A stretch of DNA of 64,000 nt from a virus, in the IMG/VR virus record IMGVR_UViG_3300006043_000050, positions 6,954-70,953 of that record. The stretch is one strand, 5' to 3'. The notes beneath the pieces were generated by a model that saw nothing but the letters and a program-made list of their open reading frames with translations, was not told the origin of the DNA and did no database searches. Each line of letters begins with the position of its first letter. Position 1 is the first letter of the stretch. Below, one piece after another: positions 47,875 through 56,896 of the stretch. Position numbers and translations under genes: made by a program.

Positions 47875-48776
47875 ATATCGGCGAAATGATCGCAGCCATT
47901 CTTGGCCCTGGCATTCACGTCCTGAGCTTTTCCGGTGGACGCAGCTCGGCATACCTCACCTGGCTGATGGAGCAAGCCAGAAAAGCGGGCTCGTCCGTGT
48001 ACTTCGTGTTCATGGACACCGGGGCAGAACACCCCATGACCTACCAATTCATTCGCGACGTAGTAGCCCACTGGGGCATACCCCTTGTGTGTATCCGAGT
48101 GAAGTACGACGAGCGCCTAGGGAACGGCAACACCTATGAAATCGTGCCTCTGGACAAGATCGGCCCCGACCTCGCGCCATGGCTTGGCATGGTGAAAAAG
48201 TACGGGTGCCCTCAAGTATCAAGGCCCTACTGCACATCCCGCATGAAGACCGAGCCGCATGACAAGTACTGCGATGAAGCCTTTGGGAAAGGGAATTACA
48301 CCACCTGGCTAGGCATTCGTGCTGACGAACCCGATCGCCTTGGCCATAGGGATGGCGTTCGGTACCTGGCCGAACTTTCCGACTTCGATAAGCAAGACGT
48401 TATCGACTGGTTCAGGACTCAGCCTTTCGACCTGGGCATACCAGAGCACCTGGGTAACTGCGTTTTCTGCATCAAGAAAGGACTGAACAAAGTCGCTCTC
48501 GCCGCGATGGACGAGCCGGAACTTGCTGCTGAGTTCATCGCCATGGCCGAAGGCCCCCATGTGCGCATTGAAGGCCGCAAGCATGCCCACAAGCGCATGT
48601 ACCGCAAGAACAACCACCTAAGCGACGTGATCGCCATGTATGCCGAACACGACCGCGACCAACTCTACAGCCGCACCAAAGGAGGCCGCCAATACGAATC
48701 CGGCTCTTGCTCGGAGTCGTGCGAAGTCTTTCCCACCGATGCCGCCGCAATCATCCATAAGGAATCCGCCGAATGA
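47871..48776 (+). CDS. PAPS-reductase-family (PP-loop) protein
   Basis: SFSGGRSSAYL, FMDTGAEHP, WLGIRADEPDR, GNCVFC and SCSESC. Confidence 0.85.
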   Translation: MNIGEMIAAILGPGIHVLSFSGGRSSAYLTWLMEQARKAGSSVYFVFMDTGAEHPMTYQFIRDVVAHWGIPLVCIRVKYDERLGNGNTYEIVPLDKIGPDLAPWLGMVKKYGCPQVSRPYCTSRMKTEPHDKYCDEAFGKGNYTTWLGIRADEPDRLGHRDGVRYLAELSDFDKQDVIDWFRTQPFDLGIPEHLGNCVFCIKKGLNKVALAAMDEPELAAEFIAMAEGPHVRIEGRKHAHKRMYRKNNHLSDVIAMYAEHDRDQLYSRTKGGRQYESGSCSESCEVFPTDAAAIIHKESAE

Positions 48777-50581
48777 TCACCCAGACCCTGCACCACTTTC
48801 ATTTCTGCTGCGGCCTGGGCGGCGGCGCCAAGGGCTTCAACCGCGCCCGCCCGGTAGTCGGCAACGTACAGGCGCGCTGGGAATGCCTGGGCGGCATCGA
48901 CGTTGACCCGGCAGGCCTGCGCGACTTCGAGAAGCTGGCCGGTGTGCCAGGCACTCTGATGGACCTGTTCACCCGCGACCAGTACACCCGCTTTCATGGT
49001 GCTGAACCGCCTGCAGGTTGGCGCGAGGCCTCGGCCGACGACGTGCGCCGCGCTGCGCAGAACAAGCGCCCTGATGCCGTCTTCATCAGCAGCCCCTGCA
49101 AGGGCGCCAGCGGTCTGCTCTCCGAGAAAATGAGCCAGACCCCGAAGTACCAGGCGCTGAACGAACTGACCTTGCGCTGCATCTGGCTGATGGGCGAGGC
49201 CTGGAAGGACGATCCGGTCCCGCTGATCGTCTTCGAGAACGTGCCGCGCCTGGCCACCCGCGGCCGGCACCTGCTGGACCAGATCAACAGCCTGCTGAGC
49301 CACTTCGGCTATGCCGTCGCCGAAACTACCCACGACTGCGGCGAGCTCGGAGGCCTGGCGCAGAGCCGCAAGCGCTTCCTGCTGGTCGCCCGCCACGTCG
49401 AGAAGGTACCTCCCTTCCTGTACGAGCCGGAGAAAAAGAGCCTGCGCGCGGTCGGCGATATCCTCGGCCGCATGCCGCTGCCGGGCGATATCGACGCCGC
49501 TGGCCCGATGCACCGCGTACCCTCGCTGCAGTGGCAGACCTGGGTGCGCCTTGCCCTGGTCCGCGCCGGCAGCGACTGGCGCAGCCTCAACGAACTGGCG
49601 ATCGAGGACGGCCACCTTCGTGACCTGATCATCGTGCCGGAGTATCACGGCGGCGTGCTCGGCGTGAGCAAATGGAACGAGCCGTGCGGCGTGATCGCCG
49701 GCGCGAGCCGCCCCATGAACGGTAAATTCTCGGTCGCTGATCCCCGGTACCGCCAGGCCGCCAACTGGAATCACGGCCAGCAGTTCGGCGTCATCCGCTG
49801 GGACGAATCGTCACCAACCATCCCCGGGCAGACCATGCCCGGCCAGGGCACCTTCAGCGTTGCCGATCCTCGGTACCACAACTGGCACAAGGGCGCGAGC
49901 AGCCGCAAGCTGCACGTCGGCAAGTGGGAAGGCCACACCGGCACCGTGACCGGCTCGCAGCAAGTGGCCAGCGGCGCCCTGTCGATCGCCGATCCGCGCC
50001 CCAACTGGAACCGCCACAGCGGCAACTACCGTGTCGTGCCCTTCGATAAACCGGCCGGCACCATCATCGCCGGCGGCAAGGGTGTACAGGGTGGCCAGCA
50101 GTCCGTGGCAGATCCTCGAATCCTGCATCGCGGCAAGGGTGACAACTACCTCACCGGCGGCCACTACGGCGTGATCCCGTTTGACCAGAACTGCGGGGCC
50201 ATCGCTGCCAGCTCGCGCTATGACAGCGGGCGATTCAGCGTCGCAGACCCGCGCATTCCGGCAGCCAATGACCGCCTGACCTGCATCATCCGCAGCCTTG
50301 ACGGCACCTGGCACCGCCCGTTCACCACGCTCGAGAAAGCTGCGCTGCAGAGCCTGGTCGACCCGGAAGAACAGCTGATTCTCGACGGCCTGAGCGACAA
50401 GGACTGGAGTGAGCGTATCGGCAACGCGGTCCCGCCCGCGGCAGCCGAGGCCATCGCCCATGTCATGGGTACCACCCTGCTGCTGGCCGCTGCCGGCGAA
50501 ACCTTCATGCTCAGCAACATGCCGGTATGGGTGCGCCCGGTGGCCGTAGGCCTGAGTGTCGCCGAGGTGCCGCAGGCATGA
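48773..50581 (+). CDS. DNA cytosine-5 methyltransferase with repeated central region
   Basis: FCCGLGGG (motif I), SSPCKG (catalytic PC), FENV, QSRKR and terminal IGNAVP. Confidence 0.9.
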   Translation: MITQTLHHFHFCCGLGGGAKGFNRARPVVGNVQARWECLGGIDVDPAGLRDFEKLAGVPGTLMDLFTRDQYTRFHGAEPPAGWREASADDVRRAAQNKRPDAVFISSPCKGASGLLSEKMSQTPKYQALNELTLRCIWLMGEAWKDDPVPLIVFENVPRLATRGRHLLDQINSLLSHFGYAVAETTHDCGELGGLAQSRKRFLLVARHVEKVPPFLYEPEKKSLRAVGDILGRMPLPGDIDAAGPMHRVPSLQWQTWVRLALVRAGSDWRSLNELAIEDGHLRDLIIVPEYHGGVLGVSKWNEPCGVIAGASRPMNGKFSVADPRYRQAANWNHGQQFGVIRWDESSPTIPGQTMPGQGTFSVADPRYHNWHKGASSRKLHVGKWEGHTGTVTGSQQVASGALSIADPRPNWNRHSGNYRVVPFDKPAGTIIAGGKGVQGGQQSVADPRILHRGKGDNYLTGGHYGVIPFDQNCGAIAASSRYDSGRFSVADPRIPAANDRLTCIIRSLDGTWHRPFTTLEKAALQSLVDPEEQLILDGLSDKDWSERIGNAVPPAAAEAIAHVMGTTLLLAAAGETFMLSNMPVWVRPVAVGLSVAEVPQA

Positions 50582-50583
50582 GC

Positions 50584-50835
50584 CTAATCGTCCGCGCCCC
50601 GGTTGCGCTCTTCGCTCAAGAGAATCTTGAAGCGGTGAAACGCCACCAGATGCCCGCCGCCTTTCGCGCTCCAGGCTTCGCGTGCGCTTTGGTAAAGGCT
50701 ATCCACCTCACCCAGCACGCGCCGGTATCGCTCGACTTCGAGCACCAGCCGGCGCATTTCCGGGTTATCGGACCAGATCTTTCGCAGTTCGCCCTTCGTG
50801 ACCGGGCGGAAGTCGGGGAGGCGGTAGTTGTCCAT
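50584..50835 (-). CDS. Small SOS-boxed protein antisense to the early operon
   Basis: ATG 50835 (MDNYRLPDFRPVTKGELRKIW...); LexA box 10 nt upstream. Confidence 0.7.
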   Translation of the reverse strand: MDNYRLPDFRPVTKGELRKIWSDNPEMRRLVLEVERYRRVLGEVDSLYQSAREAWSAKGGGHLVAFHRFKILLSEERNRGADD

Positions 50836-50844
50836 GGCAGAATA

Positions 50845-50860
50845 CTGGATATAAAAACAG
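50845..50860. promoter_or_regulatory. LexA (SOS) box
   Basis: TA-CTGGATATAAAAACAG-TA fits the gamma-proteobacterial CTG-N10-CAG consensus with an AT-rich spacer. Confidence 0.85.
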
Positions 50861-51210
50861 TATTCTTGCACGCACCTGGCCACCCGTCATCCGCAGCCGA
50901 TGCGCGGCAGTCATCCAAGGAAACCGGTGCCACAGCACATGGCGCCGCACTCCAGACTGGTCGCCGCGCACCGGTAAAGCCAGGCGATAACGTCGGCAAG
51001 GAACTGGGTGGCGACTTCGATAAGCAGCTCGCGAAGGAAGTGTTTCATTGCGATTCCGACCTCTGTGTTGGTAACGCCCACAGTCTGCTGTCACGACCTC
51101 GACAGTTTCCTCTTGTGGGTTTTCCAACGCAGTTTCGCCGAGGCGAAAACCATCACTTCGCACGACTTTCCCATTTTCCGAAGGCGTCACGACCGACGCC
51201 CCGTCAAGCC

Positions 51211-51357
51211 ATGAACACCCCTACCTACTGCCGCGAAACCGGGCGCCGTATCGGCGTATGCCCGTGCCCGCTGTGCAGCAAAACCAACCTGGCCGGACTT
51301 CCCTGCCCGATGCCGCCGGCCAGGCCAGACAACGATTATCCCACACCTGTGAGGTGA
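51211..51357 (+). CDS. Small Cys-rich peptide
   Basis: MNTPTYCRETGRRIGVCPCPLC; early operon resumes here. Confidence 0.5.
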   Translation: MNTPTYCRETGRRIGVCPCPLCSKTNLAGLPCPMPPARPDNDYPTPVR

Positions 51358-51360
51358 ACC

Positions 51361-52950
51361 ATGAACAAGCAATGCGTGAACTGCCCTGGTGCGACTGATC
51401 ACACCACTGCTGAATGCCCGGTGATGGTCGAAGCGTCTGCAACAATCGACCCGATCCACTCCGCGATGATGCTGGGCATGACGCCAGAGCCGTGCGAGCC
51501 GGTTATCGAAATCACTCGCCAGGCCGTGACCAAGCTGCTCGACGTGGTCGAGTTCGGCGACCAACTGGAGCGCGTAGAGAAGGATCGACTGGTCGCATTC
51601 GTGAAGGATCTGCTGGCCGAGGATCAGCCTGAACTGTGGGCCACTTACAGCCCAGGCCCTGGCGAGGTTCATCCGTGCATGTCGAAGGAACATGCAGAGC
51701 GGGAGGCAAAAGCCGCTATCGAGGTCTGCGAAAAGATGAAGGCAGACCGGATCGACCGCGGACAAAGCGTCGAGTTCTGGCCGAAGATCGTGGTCGAAGT
51801 GATCCCTTCCCCATTCACTCCCCTGGAACACTTCGAACTGCTGGCCGAGGAAACCATCCAGCATCGCGATCAACTGGTCGAGTACGTGGGAGAGCTGAAA
51901 AACAAGCTCAAGGATACCCCTGAGCCTTCCTGGCGCGCATTGATCCGCCTCGCCATGAATCTGCTGAGCCTGCGCAACCATGTGCCTGGCAGCGACATAG
52001 ACCTCTGCGTAAAAGCGCTGGCTGACCTGCTGGATGGCAAGCACTCGCCAGCACTAGAGCCATCCGAGGCATGGCGCGAAGTTGCAGAGATTGCCCAGAC
52101 CGATGCACCTGCAGTTGTAAACCAGCAGGTTACTACTGCCGCCATTGCGCCTGATGCACTGGAGCAAGCCAGGCGCCACCTATCCAACGCCATCGAGGAC
52201 GCCGAGGACGGCAAGACCGCTGCCGCACTGCCGGCGTTGCATGAGGTTGCCCACTACCTGGCGCAGGTCGCCGCCCCAGCCCCGAAAACCATGGGCATGG
52301 AAGCGATCTGCGGCAAGTACGGCAACGTGCTGCGCCCGTTCATGGCCATGATGGAAGCCGAGCTGCACGCCAACACCGGCAAGGGCGACCGCCCAGGCTG
52401 GCTGGCGATGTCGCCCGAACAGTGCCTACTCGAAATCTACTACCACACCGCCAAGCTGCAGAAGGCCGTGAAGAACAACGACATGAAGGGCGTCCGCGAG
52501 TACACCGCCGACGTGGCCAATATGTCGATGATGCTGGCCGATACCTGCGGATGGCTGGACGTGGTGAGCAGCGAGCTGGCCAACGCTGAGACCGCGGCTC
52601 CCTGCAACCACGAATGGACCGACGACGGCCAGCACCTGCTGGTCTGCACCGCTTGCGGTGCCCAGGAAGATCACGACCCACGCTGGCGGGACATGGCCAC
52701 CGCGCCGCGTGACGGCACGATGGTTCGCCTGCTGGTCGAGTTCACCGAGCACGCAACCGAGGACGCCGACCAGGCGCCAACCATAGGCGCTAACAACTTC
52801 GAAAACGACGGCGAGGACCGCTGGCAGTTCGCCGGATGGTGCTGGTCGCATGACCACTTCACCCAAGGCCAGGGCGAGCCTATCGGGTGGCTTCCCATGC
52901 TCGACGAGCCGCGCCGCATTGCGCCGGCACAGCAGGAGCAGCAGCCATGA
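51361..52950 (+). CDS. Mosaic Ead/Ea22-like protein with a MazG-like domain
   Basis: FMAMMEAELHANTGKGDRPGW...REYTADVANMSMMLAD helical MazG-like segment; C-terminal WRDMATAPRDGT...PIGWLPM. Confidence 0.6.
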   Translation: MNKQCVNCPGATDHTTAECPVMVEASATIDPIHSAMMLGMTPEPCEPVIEITRQAVTKLLDVVEFGDQLERVEKDRLVAFVKDLLAEDQPELWATYSPGPGEVHPCMSKEHAEREAKAAIEVCEKMKADRIDRGQSVEFWPKIVVEVIPSPFTPLEHFELLAEETIQHRDQLVEYVGELKNKLKDTPEPSWRALIRLAMNLLSLRNHVPGSDIDLCVKALADLLDGKHSPALEPSEAWREVAEIAQTDAPAVVNQQVTTAAIAPDALEQARRHLSNAIEDAEDGKTAAALPALHEVAHYLAQVAAPAPKTMGMEAICGKYGNVLRPFMAMMEAELHANTGKGDRPGWLAMSPEQCLLEIYYHTAKLQKAVKNNDMKGVREYTADVANMSMMLADTCGWLDVVSSELANAETAAPCNHEWTDDGQHLLVCTACGAQEDHDPRWRDMATAPRDGTMVRLLVEFTEHATEDADQAPTIGANNFENDGEDRWQFAGWCWSHDHFTQGQGEPIGWLPMLDEPRRIAPAQQEQQP

Positions 52951-53753
52951 GCAAGCGCACCTTTTCCGGCACCGAGGCCGATCTTTGCGCGGCATTCATC
53001 GAGCAGTTCAACGCCTTACCCGGCTGGACATGCTACCCGGAAACAGCAGGGTTCGACGTGCTAGTCGTGCACGATGACGGCCGGCAGATCGGTGTCGAGG
53101 CGAAGTTGAAGCTGAATGCCAAGGTCGCCGACCAGATCCTGCCGGACGCATGGGCGATTCGCTGTGGTGCACCTGGCCCTGATCACCGCATGGTGATCGT
53201 CGGCGATATCACCGAAGCCAGCCTTGGCATCGTGAAGATGCTCGAAGCGCTCGGCGTTGCCGTGCTCAAGCCCTATATGAATCAGCGACTCACGAAGCGC
53301 GACTTCCCTCGCGACTATGAGTACTTCCCCGATTTCCAGCTTGATGGCTGGATGCGCCGAGGCTTTGCCTGGCAGCCACAACTGGACGACTGGAACCCGG
53401 TCGAGCGCTGCAAAGTGCCAATCGTGGTACCGGACGTGCCGGCCGGAGTGCCTGCCCCCTTGCGTTTCACGCCATGGAAAGAGGCAGCACTGAAGGTGCT
53501 GATCCAGCTTCGCCGCCAGGGCTTCATCACTGCCAAACAGATCACCGAGCACGGCATCAGCTCTACCATCTGGACGCAGGGGCCAACCGCCTGGCTGCAG
53601 AAGGGATCAGTACCAGGGCAGTGGGTCGCAAGCGATCGACTGCCGGCGTTCGATAAACAGCATCCAGAAGCCTACGAAAAGCTGCTGCAACTCGAACAGG
53701 AAAGGCCAGCACTTCAGCAAGGTCTGGAACTGACCACAGTGGGTGGCAAATGA
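52947..53753 (+). CDS. Hypothetical protein with a PD-(D/E)XK-like motif
   Basis: ETAGFDVLVV...IGVEAKL. Confidence 0.55.
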   Translation: MSKRTFSGTEADLCAAFIEQFNALPGWTCYPETAGFDVLVVHDDGRQIGVEAKLKLNAKVADQILPDAWAIRCGAPGPDHRMVIVGDITEASLGIVKMLEALGVAVLKPYMNQRLTKRDFPRDYEYFPDFQLDGWMRRGFAWQPQLDDWNPVERCKVPIVVPDVPAGVPAPLRFTPWKEAALKVLIQLRRQGFITAKQITEHGISSTIWTQGPTAWLQKGSVPGQWVASDRLPAFDKQHPEAYEKLLQLEQERPALQQGLELTTVGGK

Positions 53754-55659
53754 GCACCGTGCACATCCACGCCCCTCAAGGCTTCTACATCGCCCAGGTT
53801 CGCCGCCGCTTCGAGCGCAAGTGGACGCAGGTAGGCGGCGAGTTCAAGCAGAAGCAGCGCGCCCAGAGCACGGCGGCCAGCAACATGGTCGGCGAGTTCG
53901 TCCGCGCCCGCGTGCTGTTCTGCGCTGAGTGGTACGACCCGGTTGTCGTTATGGAGGCCAGCAGATCATGAGTGCCACCAACGATCCAGCCTTCTATCGA
54001 CCCACCGTCTACGACTGGAACGCCACTTGCGATATCTGCCTGCGGCCTCGCAGTGCTGGTGGCCACCAGAAGTGCTCGAAGAAGCGCCAGGCCTTGCGCC
54101 GGCAACAGGAGAGCAAGCAGAAATGACCCTTCCATACGAGAACACCACCAGCGGCGATAAGGCCTTTGCCGATATCCAGAAGATCCTCGGCCGCTTCGGC
54201 TGCGATAACTACGGAATCATGCATAAGGTCGGCGAGCAGATCACCCTGATCCAGTTCGAATGGCGCGGGCGCACTGTGCAGGTACCTGGCCACTGGGGCG
54301 GCTACGCAACTCAGTGGCTGAAAGAACACCCGCACACCTCTCGCATGCGCTCGACCAAGGCAGAGCACCAGGCAAAAGCGATGGAAATTGCCAAGGTGGC
54401 CGTCTGCTCAATCCTGCGCGACTGGGTTAAAGCTCAGGTCACCATGGTTGAGTGCCAGATGATGACCCTTGAAGAGGTATTCATGCCGCACATGCTGCTT
54501 CCTGATGGTCGCCGCCTGGTCGAGCACGCCCAGAAGCTGCTGGGCAAGGTAGGCGATGCATGAACATCGAAATCACCACCGTGAAGAAACTACGGATCGG
54601 CGACCTGATGGGCGAGCCGTACAAGCTCGACCCTGTGTCGGTGATCCTCGAGGACGACGAGCCAGGCCGCGGCCGGCTGATCCTCGAATGCGCTGGTGAA
54701 TCGTGGTCGGCATGGTGGGGCGCCATGAGCGGACGCACCGTCGCGCAGTTCGTGTGCGACAGCGGCACCGATTACGTCATCGGTTGCATCGCCAGCCAGG
54801 TACGTGAAAGCCGTTTCTCCGGTGATGCCCTGCACGCGCTGGCCAAGCGTTCCGTGATTGCTCGGCGCCTTGGCCAGAGTGATTACTGGGAATATGGCGA
54901 TCGCCTTGAGAAGCATGAAGCGGCAGAACTGTGGAGCGAGCTCGACGAGTTGCAAAGCGTAGAAGGTGATCAGGCCTGCTGGCGGCACTCCGATCTGCTA
55001 ACCCGACTGTTCGGCGAAGAATGGTGGCACATGGCGTCGACGGCCACTGAGCCTAACCCGGCATACCACTACCTGCAACGCCTGGTCGCAGCGGTACAGG
55101 CTGGCCTGCTCAAAGCCGGTTTGGCGCAATCGAAGAAAGGCAAGGTGGCAGCATGAATCCGCGCATTATGAAGAAGCTGAGCAAGCGCATCGCTGTGCAT
55201 GCAGAAGCCCTGGGCTACAGCGTCGATCTGGATGGGCCTTGCGCTGTAGAATTCACCGAGAAAGGCACCAGCAGGAAAATATCGCATCGCAATCGTCGGC
55301 GCTGGGACGGATCGGTACGCCTCGGGTCAATGCTAACCCTACAGCGGACGCCGTTCTTCTGCTGGACAGACTACGGCCCGGACGGTGGCGAGGGTGATGG
55401 TGCGATTGCCTGGGAGCACATGCGCCATCGGGTTCGCAGCCAGATCGACGACCTTGCCAGGGACTGGTCGCACCCGGCCGCGGAACGCGGCGAGTGGCCT
55501 CCATACATCGACGGTAAAGCGCCAAGGCTTCCCCGGTCGACCCCCGAGGTTCTGCGAGCCATTGAGCATTACGCGCTCGTCGAACTGGAACGAAAGGCCA
55601 TCAGACGCCTGGCCGCTCAGCAGAGGCGCGCTGCATTCATGGCAGGTGCCAAGCCATGA
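53750..55659 (+). CDS. Five coupled hypothetical ORFs (53750-53971, 53968-54126, 54123-54563, 54560-55156, 55153-55659)
   Basis: ATGA coupling throughout. Confidence 0.6.
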
Positions 55660-56168
55660 ACTACCAACCCAAAGCCGGCCGCTGCCGCGCCTGCACCAAG
55701 CTCTGGGAGGACTGCAGCGCGCTGCCCTTTCACACGATGCCGATTCACAGCCAGGACGGAACTGAAGCGGTGGTGATCTGCAGTGCGTTCCTCAAGGCAT
55801 CCAATGCTGCACCGTCGAAGGCACGCGCACCTAAGCGGATCTACCTGAGCGGGCCGATGACCGGGCTGCCGGACTTCAACTATCCGGCGTTCAACGCCGA
55901 GGCCGCCCGCCTGCGCGCCCTTGGGTACCACGTCGAGAACCCCGCCGAGAATCCGCCCCAGGATAGCTGGGAGGCGTACATGGCCGTGTGCATTCCTCAG
56001 ATGGCCACCTGCGACACGATCGCCCAGCTACCAGGCTGGTCGGAGTCGCGCGGGGCGCTACGCGAACGGCAGGAGGCGGTACACCTAAGCATGGTGATCA
56101 CACCCGCGGCGAAGATCGTCGCGCGCTGCCTGGATACGGTTGATTCCGACGATAGTCCGCAGACATAG
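55656..56168 (+). CDS. Zinc-finger N-terminus fused to a DUF4406 domain
   Basis: YQPKAGRCRAC...C...VVIC followed by RIYLSGPMTGLPDFNYPAF...LPGWSESRGA. Confidence 0.8.
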   Translation: MNYQPKAGRCRACTKLWEDCSALPFHTMPIHSQDGTEAVVICSAFLKASNAAPSKARAPKRIYLSGPMTGLPDFNYPAFNAEAARLRALGYHVENPAENPPQDSWEAYMAVCIPQMATCDTIAQLPGWSESRGALRERQEAVHLSMVITPAAKIVARCLDTVDSDDSPQT

Positions 56169-56322
56169 CTGCCTGCAATGCCCAATCTAGCTAGGGGTTG
56201 CATATTTCATGATGGCGATAGGCTGGTATCCCAATACGGGAACTGAGCATTTTTTCTGCCACTCGGAAAAAACGCTGCTCAGCGCGTTATACCAATTAGA
56301 GAGACAAGCCTAGGGAGCAGTT

Positions 56323-56538
56323 ATGGAATCGCGCGAAGGACTACTGATCAGCATCATCGATACAGCGACCGTGGCGACAGTCGCGTTTGACCAGATCGAT
56401 ATGCTGGTAGCAGATCTGCTCGCTGGCGGGGACATGCGCCAGATCTGCAGCAGAATCCTCTACACCACTGGCGATGCCCGGGGTGCTGTGCAACACGAAC
56501 GCCGGCTGGCGGAAGATCAACAGCGCGAGGCGGGCTGA
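56323..56538 (+). CDS. Small hypothetical protein at the prophage end
   Basis: 71-aa ORF after GGGAG. Confidence 0.55.
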   Translation: MESREGLLISIIDTATVATVAFDQIDMLVADLLAGGDMRQICSRILYTTGDARGAVQHERRLAEDQQREAG

Positions 56539-56590
56539 TCCTTCCAGCTCGCCTACCGCTCGTCAGAAAAGGAGGCAGGGAAAAACGAAA

Positions 56591-56686
56591 TGGTATGCCG
56601 ATTGGTATGCCTGAAAATTAGAACAACCGAAAAACGCTTATATAACAGCGAGTTGGAAAAGACGTTAGAATCCTGTCTCTCGACCA
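56591..56686 (+). other. Putative attR: arm-type repeats plus a tRNA 3'-end-like core
   Basis: TGGTATGCC twice in tandem near 56591-56613; GAATCCTGTCTCTCGACCA (56668-56686) resembles a tRNA T-arm/acceptor 3' end, Pro-like and one base short. Confidence 0.6.
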
Positions 56687-56690
56687 AATC

Positions 56691-56720
56691 AAAAACCCGC
56701 CTTAATCGGCGGGTTTTTTA
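56691..56720 (+). terminator. Rho-independent terminator after the att core
   Basis: AAAAACCCGCC-TTAATC-GGCGGGTTTTTTA. Confidence 0.85.
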
Positions 56721-56896
56721 TTTCACCATGACTCCAGCACCGAAATTCGCTGGACTACGCTACAGCCCGATACAGCAGGTTTATCAATGACTTAAGCGAG
56801 TTCAACATATGCCGGTGCTTTCCGAAACCTGACCTGACTTCCGACCGCCTGACTCCTATCCGGCCCTTGGAATCCAGGTCTTTCCAAGGAGTCATC

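Larger units (their letters stand above)
1..56686. mobile_element. Temperate prophage, F116/Hollowayvirus-like organisation; left end outside the window
   Basis: Terminase, portal, N4-gp56-type capsid, lysis genes, cI/cro switch, RdgC, YejK and MTases in a continuous module order; ends at a tRNA-3'-like fragment plus terminator at 56668-56720. Confidence 0.93.

Noticed and set aside
45637-47952. Long minus-strand ORFs opposite the helicase-MTase, and the 46413-47870 part of the 787-aa plus ORF
   Set aside because: Shadow or alternative frames; the PAPS-reductase-like protein starts at ATG 47871, coupled to the upstream stop.
56640-56690. Complete tRNA gene
   Set aside because: Only about 19 nt of a 3' end is present; no D-arm or anticodon arm upstream.
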